From Macrostomum lignano (Eukaryota), in NCBI GenBank assembly GCA_002269645.1, contig NIVC01003922.1, forward strand, positions 5,629 through 69,628: a stretch of 64,000 nt of DNA, read 5' to 3'. Positions 61,100 through 64,000 of the stretch are shown here, in pieces (positions within the stretch are counted from its first letter, which is position 1; each line of letters begins with the position of its first letter). The translations under genes were made by a program, and so were the position numbers. The notes beneath the pieces are model-generated. The model ran no database searches and had not been told where the DNA came from. It saw only the letters and a list, made by a program, of their open reading frames with translations.

Positions 61100-63541
61100 A
61101 GCAAGTAAATAATTAGCAAATAGAGACAGCAGTGCGGTTAATAGGGCCGTCTTGGGGACCTCCTTTGACTCTTAAAACGGCGCGTACTGTTGGCAGAACA
61201 GGTTGCAGCCTTCTCTGGGATGGCTACTGTCCTGCGTTCCGGTCTTCAGTCTCTGGTGGGCATTTAGCGCAGCGTGCGGAAAAGATCGTTGTTGATGGTG
61301 AGCGAGCTCGACTGCCTCCTTTGCCAGGTTTTCCTCGTTCGACTTGAGCTCTGGGGATCCTGTGTTGGCGGCAGTCAGAATGCCACTGCAGATAGTGTCG
61401 TGAAGGTGGGCGAGCTGGACTCCGTTAGTTGGGTAGCTAGCTCGGCGGCTCTCTTTCTCGGTAGGCTCTTCATTCAAACCGCCCCAGTCGGCTTTCCGGA
61501 AGCACATCCTGGGTTGTCCAGCCTCCGACGATGCCTTGTAGCAGGTTGCTGCTGGTCCAGGTTTGGTCAGGTTTTGATTTGCCTCCTGTCGCTGGGTTCG
61601 TCCGCGTGTGGCTGTTGCCGTTGACAAGTCTCAGGTTGCGGGTGGCGGCCCATGCCTCCACCATTCTGCCGCGCTCTTCTTCGTCTTGGTGCCGGTCCCA
61701 GCTTCTGTGGGTGTTGAGTCGCCAGCGACGATGATGGGGCCTGCGGCGCTCAGGACCAAGTGGAGCGAGGGTTGCCAGATTTCACCGCGTTGGCTGCTAA
61801 TCGGTGGTGCGTGAGAGACCAGGGTGACCGGTGCCTGTCCGTTGAGGTGGATAGTGACGGTGGCGCAGTCTAGGAGTTGGCGTTCGTCGTCCAGCTACGT
61901 CGTGTCAAACGCAATGTCAGAGCGCACCAGGGTCAAGGCATTTCCTCTGGCGTGGGCTGCTTTTTGTTGGTCTTGGGTTTTCGGTGTTGGCGTTTGGTGG
62001 TTGTTCCGGGTCAAATGGCAATTCCGGGTCTGCGGTCAGCCTCAGTTCCTGTTCCGGGAGGACTTGTTCCGGCGGGTGTGTGTCGCTGGCTATCCTCTGG
62101 CGTTGGGATGCGTGACGCGCTCCAATCTGGTGGGTCTGTGTCAACGGCTGCGCTAACTGCGGCCACGGCTCGTCTCTGCGGGCGCAGGCGGTCCTACCTG
62201 AGCGGCAGCCGCGGCACCACTCTAATTTTTCGGTTTTGTCCGCCGCCAGCGAAGGCGACAGCGGGGATGCTTGATCTTGCGGCCGCAATTGGACCACATG
62301 CGGCGGGACCAGCAGCGGGGCCAGCAAATTGATTGCAGAGCCCCCGGCGTTCTCGGTGTCAAGCCCGGGTGCTGGCGGTCTCTTTTGATAGGCCATTGTC
62401 ACGGAGTTTTGTCGTGGTGAAGAAATACTAGTTGAGACAACACGGCGGTTTGTAGCGGTAGCACTGGCAATATAGCAGCAACAAGTTGCCGGAGGCTTGT
62501 TTATTTGAGTAGTAGTCAGATTGACACAAGGTTAACAGTTTCAATATAGTGGACTACTGTACTGGGCACTGGCGGCAGCGCAACAATAAGTTGAGATAAG
62601 TTGAAGGCGGTTGAGCACGTTGAAGGTGATCCAAGTGGCGAATGATGGCAGTGAGCAAACAGTGCGGTGGCACTAGGAGAATAGACAGGCAATGGAAAGG
62701 CGTAAACAGGTCTGGCTGGCGAGTCGGGCCCAGACAGGGTGGGCCGTGGCGAGCGATAAGGAGAGAGAAGGAAAACGAGAGTCCACGAGAGAGGAGAGGC
62801 CACAAGGGGAGAGAGCAGGAGGAACGCAAAAGTGAAGTCCCCCCAGCCCGCCGCCAGGCGGGGTTAATAAAGAGCGCAGAAGGGTTAGCATAATACACGC
62901 GGAGAGTTTTCATTGGCTGGCGGGGAAAAAAACAAGAACTTGAAATTATCGATCGTGCTAGATTTTACAGGCGAACGCAAGGTCTATCAAATACACAGTG
63001 AATTAGCGATTGATACATATTAGTTGCACGCTACTACAAGTAAACGTGAGAATAAACTATGGATAATTTTAACCGAGAAATTGTAGTGAAATTGCAGTCC
63101 AACGGCCCTTTTGCGGGACCACTTTAAACCAGCAACGTCACAGCCATCGCACCGCGCGCGAAACAGTAGCAGCACGGCAGCCGGGCGACTGGCATGGAGC
63201 CATTTGGTCAGCTCAGTACGACGGGCCCGAAAGCCGGTACAGTTGAGCTGTAGGATGAGCTCTGGGCCTGGCTCCGCGACGGTTTTTAGGCGGCCGGGAA
63301 GCCGCAACCGCTCGCACGCGAAGGACTTGTTGGTGGGCAAGAGCTCAGCATCTAGTTGGTCGTTGAGAATAGATGCAGTTGCTGAGGCTCGGTCTCTTTT
63401 ACGTGTCCACACAGTTTTGGCTCTCTCGCTCCAGTCGGAGCATCGCTGGGTGGGAAAGCCACAGCTGGCTAATTGTAGCTCATTACGGCTTAGAAAATAA
63501 AGCATTGACAGAGAGCTAGCTTGGAACGGAAGTTCACTCAT
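61100..63541 (-). mobile_element. Decayed non-LTR retrotransposon, APE-endonuclease part of ORF2
   Basis: LILQLNCTGFRARRTEL (about 63270-63220); RGNALTLVRSDI; PIIVAGD(F)NTH; RGRMVEAW...LRLVN...SKPDQT; CFRKADW. No RT in the window. Confidence 0.7.
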
Positions 63542-64000
63542 TTAAAGATGGGTCGACTTTTTTAGACGCTCTCTTGACCAATCGGAGTGGAGCAACCACC
63601 TGTACTCTATACTCTCTTAATTTTTGGATTTTAATGCAACATGACCTTGAAATATCAGTTGCTGATGACCTACAAGATTTTCTTCAAAAAAAGATGGCTC
63701 CCAGACAAATGCTTTGTTATTTGGTAGCTTCTCCGAGGGCCGGGGCACAGCGATTACACCGATGAACGAACAGACATTGATTCTGATGTTGAATGTTCGA
63801 ACCAATCAAACACTGACTGCACGAGTGCTGCAACGGACGCATTTCAGAAGCATGTCGTGGTTTGGTAAAAAAGTTTTTTTTCAAAAGAACCGCTGAAAGT
63901 ATAGAAGGCAATTGCTGCGCAATAGCATTTTTTATTGCAATGCAACTGATATTCTGAAGAATAGATTTTTTATATTGTACATTGTATACTAATACTTACG

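Overview
Eukaryotic (invertebrate-like) genomic DNA: spliceosomal GT-AG introns, GC-rich host exons, very repeat-rich. The style is reminiscent of the flatworm Macrostomum, but this is unverified. No CRISPR, rRNA or true tRNA genes were found. All calls are from manual translation and motif recognition, with no database searches. Left to right: (1) 1-8594, minus-strand Ty3/Gypsy-like LTR element with a 2-kb 5' LTR, an exact tRNA-Leu PBS, gag, a -1 frameshift signal and protease, but no RT/RNaseH/IN in the window; its 3' region holds an antisense ORF and an array of PBS-like motifs. (2) 9.1-12.7 kb, decayed spliced genes: Zn-knuckle/polyQ, RPA70-like OB folds, OTU protease. (3) 14.6-22.1 kb, decayed Maverick/Polinton (pPolB, dUTPase, PLA2, packaging ATPase, penton-like, GGFL core protein) with a nested LTR. 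(4) Minisatellites and local duplications. (5) Intact 9-exon PICK1 (minus, 459 aa), whose six long introns each hold a different minisatellite. (6) A divergent decayed pair, a secreted lamin-tail-domain-like gene and a coiled-coil/BEN-like gene, plus mariner and MITE remnants. (7) 4-exon POLDIP3-like gene (plus). (8) An intact intronless gene for a secreted precursor: signal peptide, acidic pentapeptide-repeat propiece, 70-aa tail with 41 Arg. (9) SINE, Helitron-like, (AG)n and LINE remnants. The best novelty candidates are the Arg-rich precursor, the PBS-like array, and the Maverick with its upstream RPA/OTU block.
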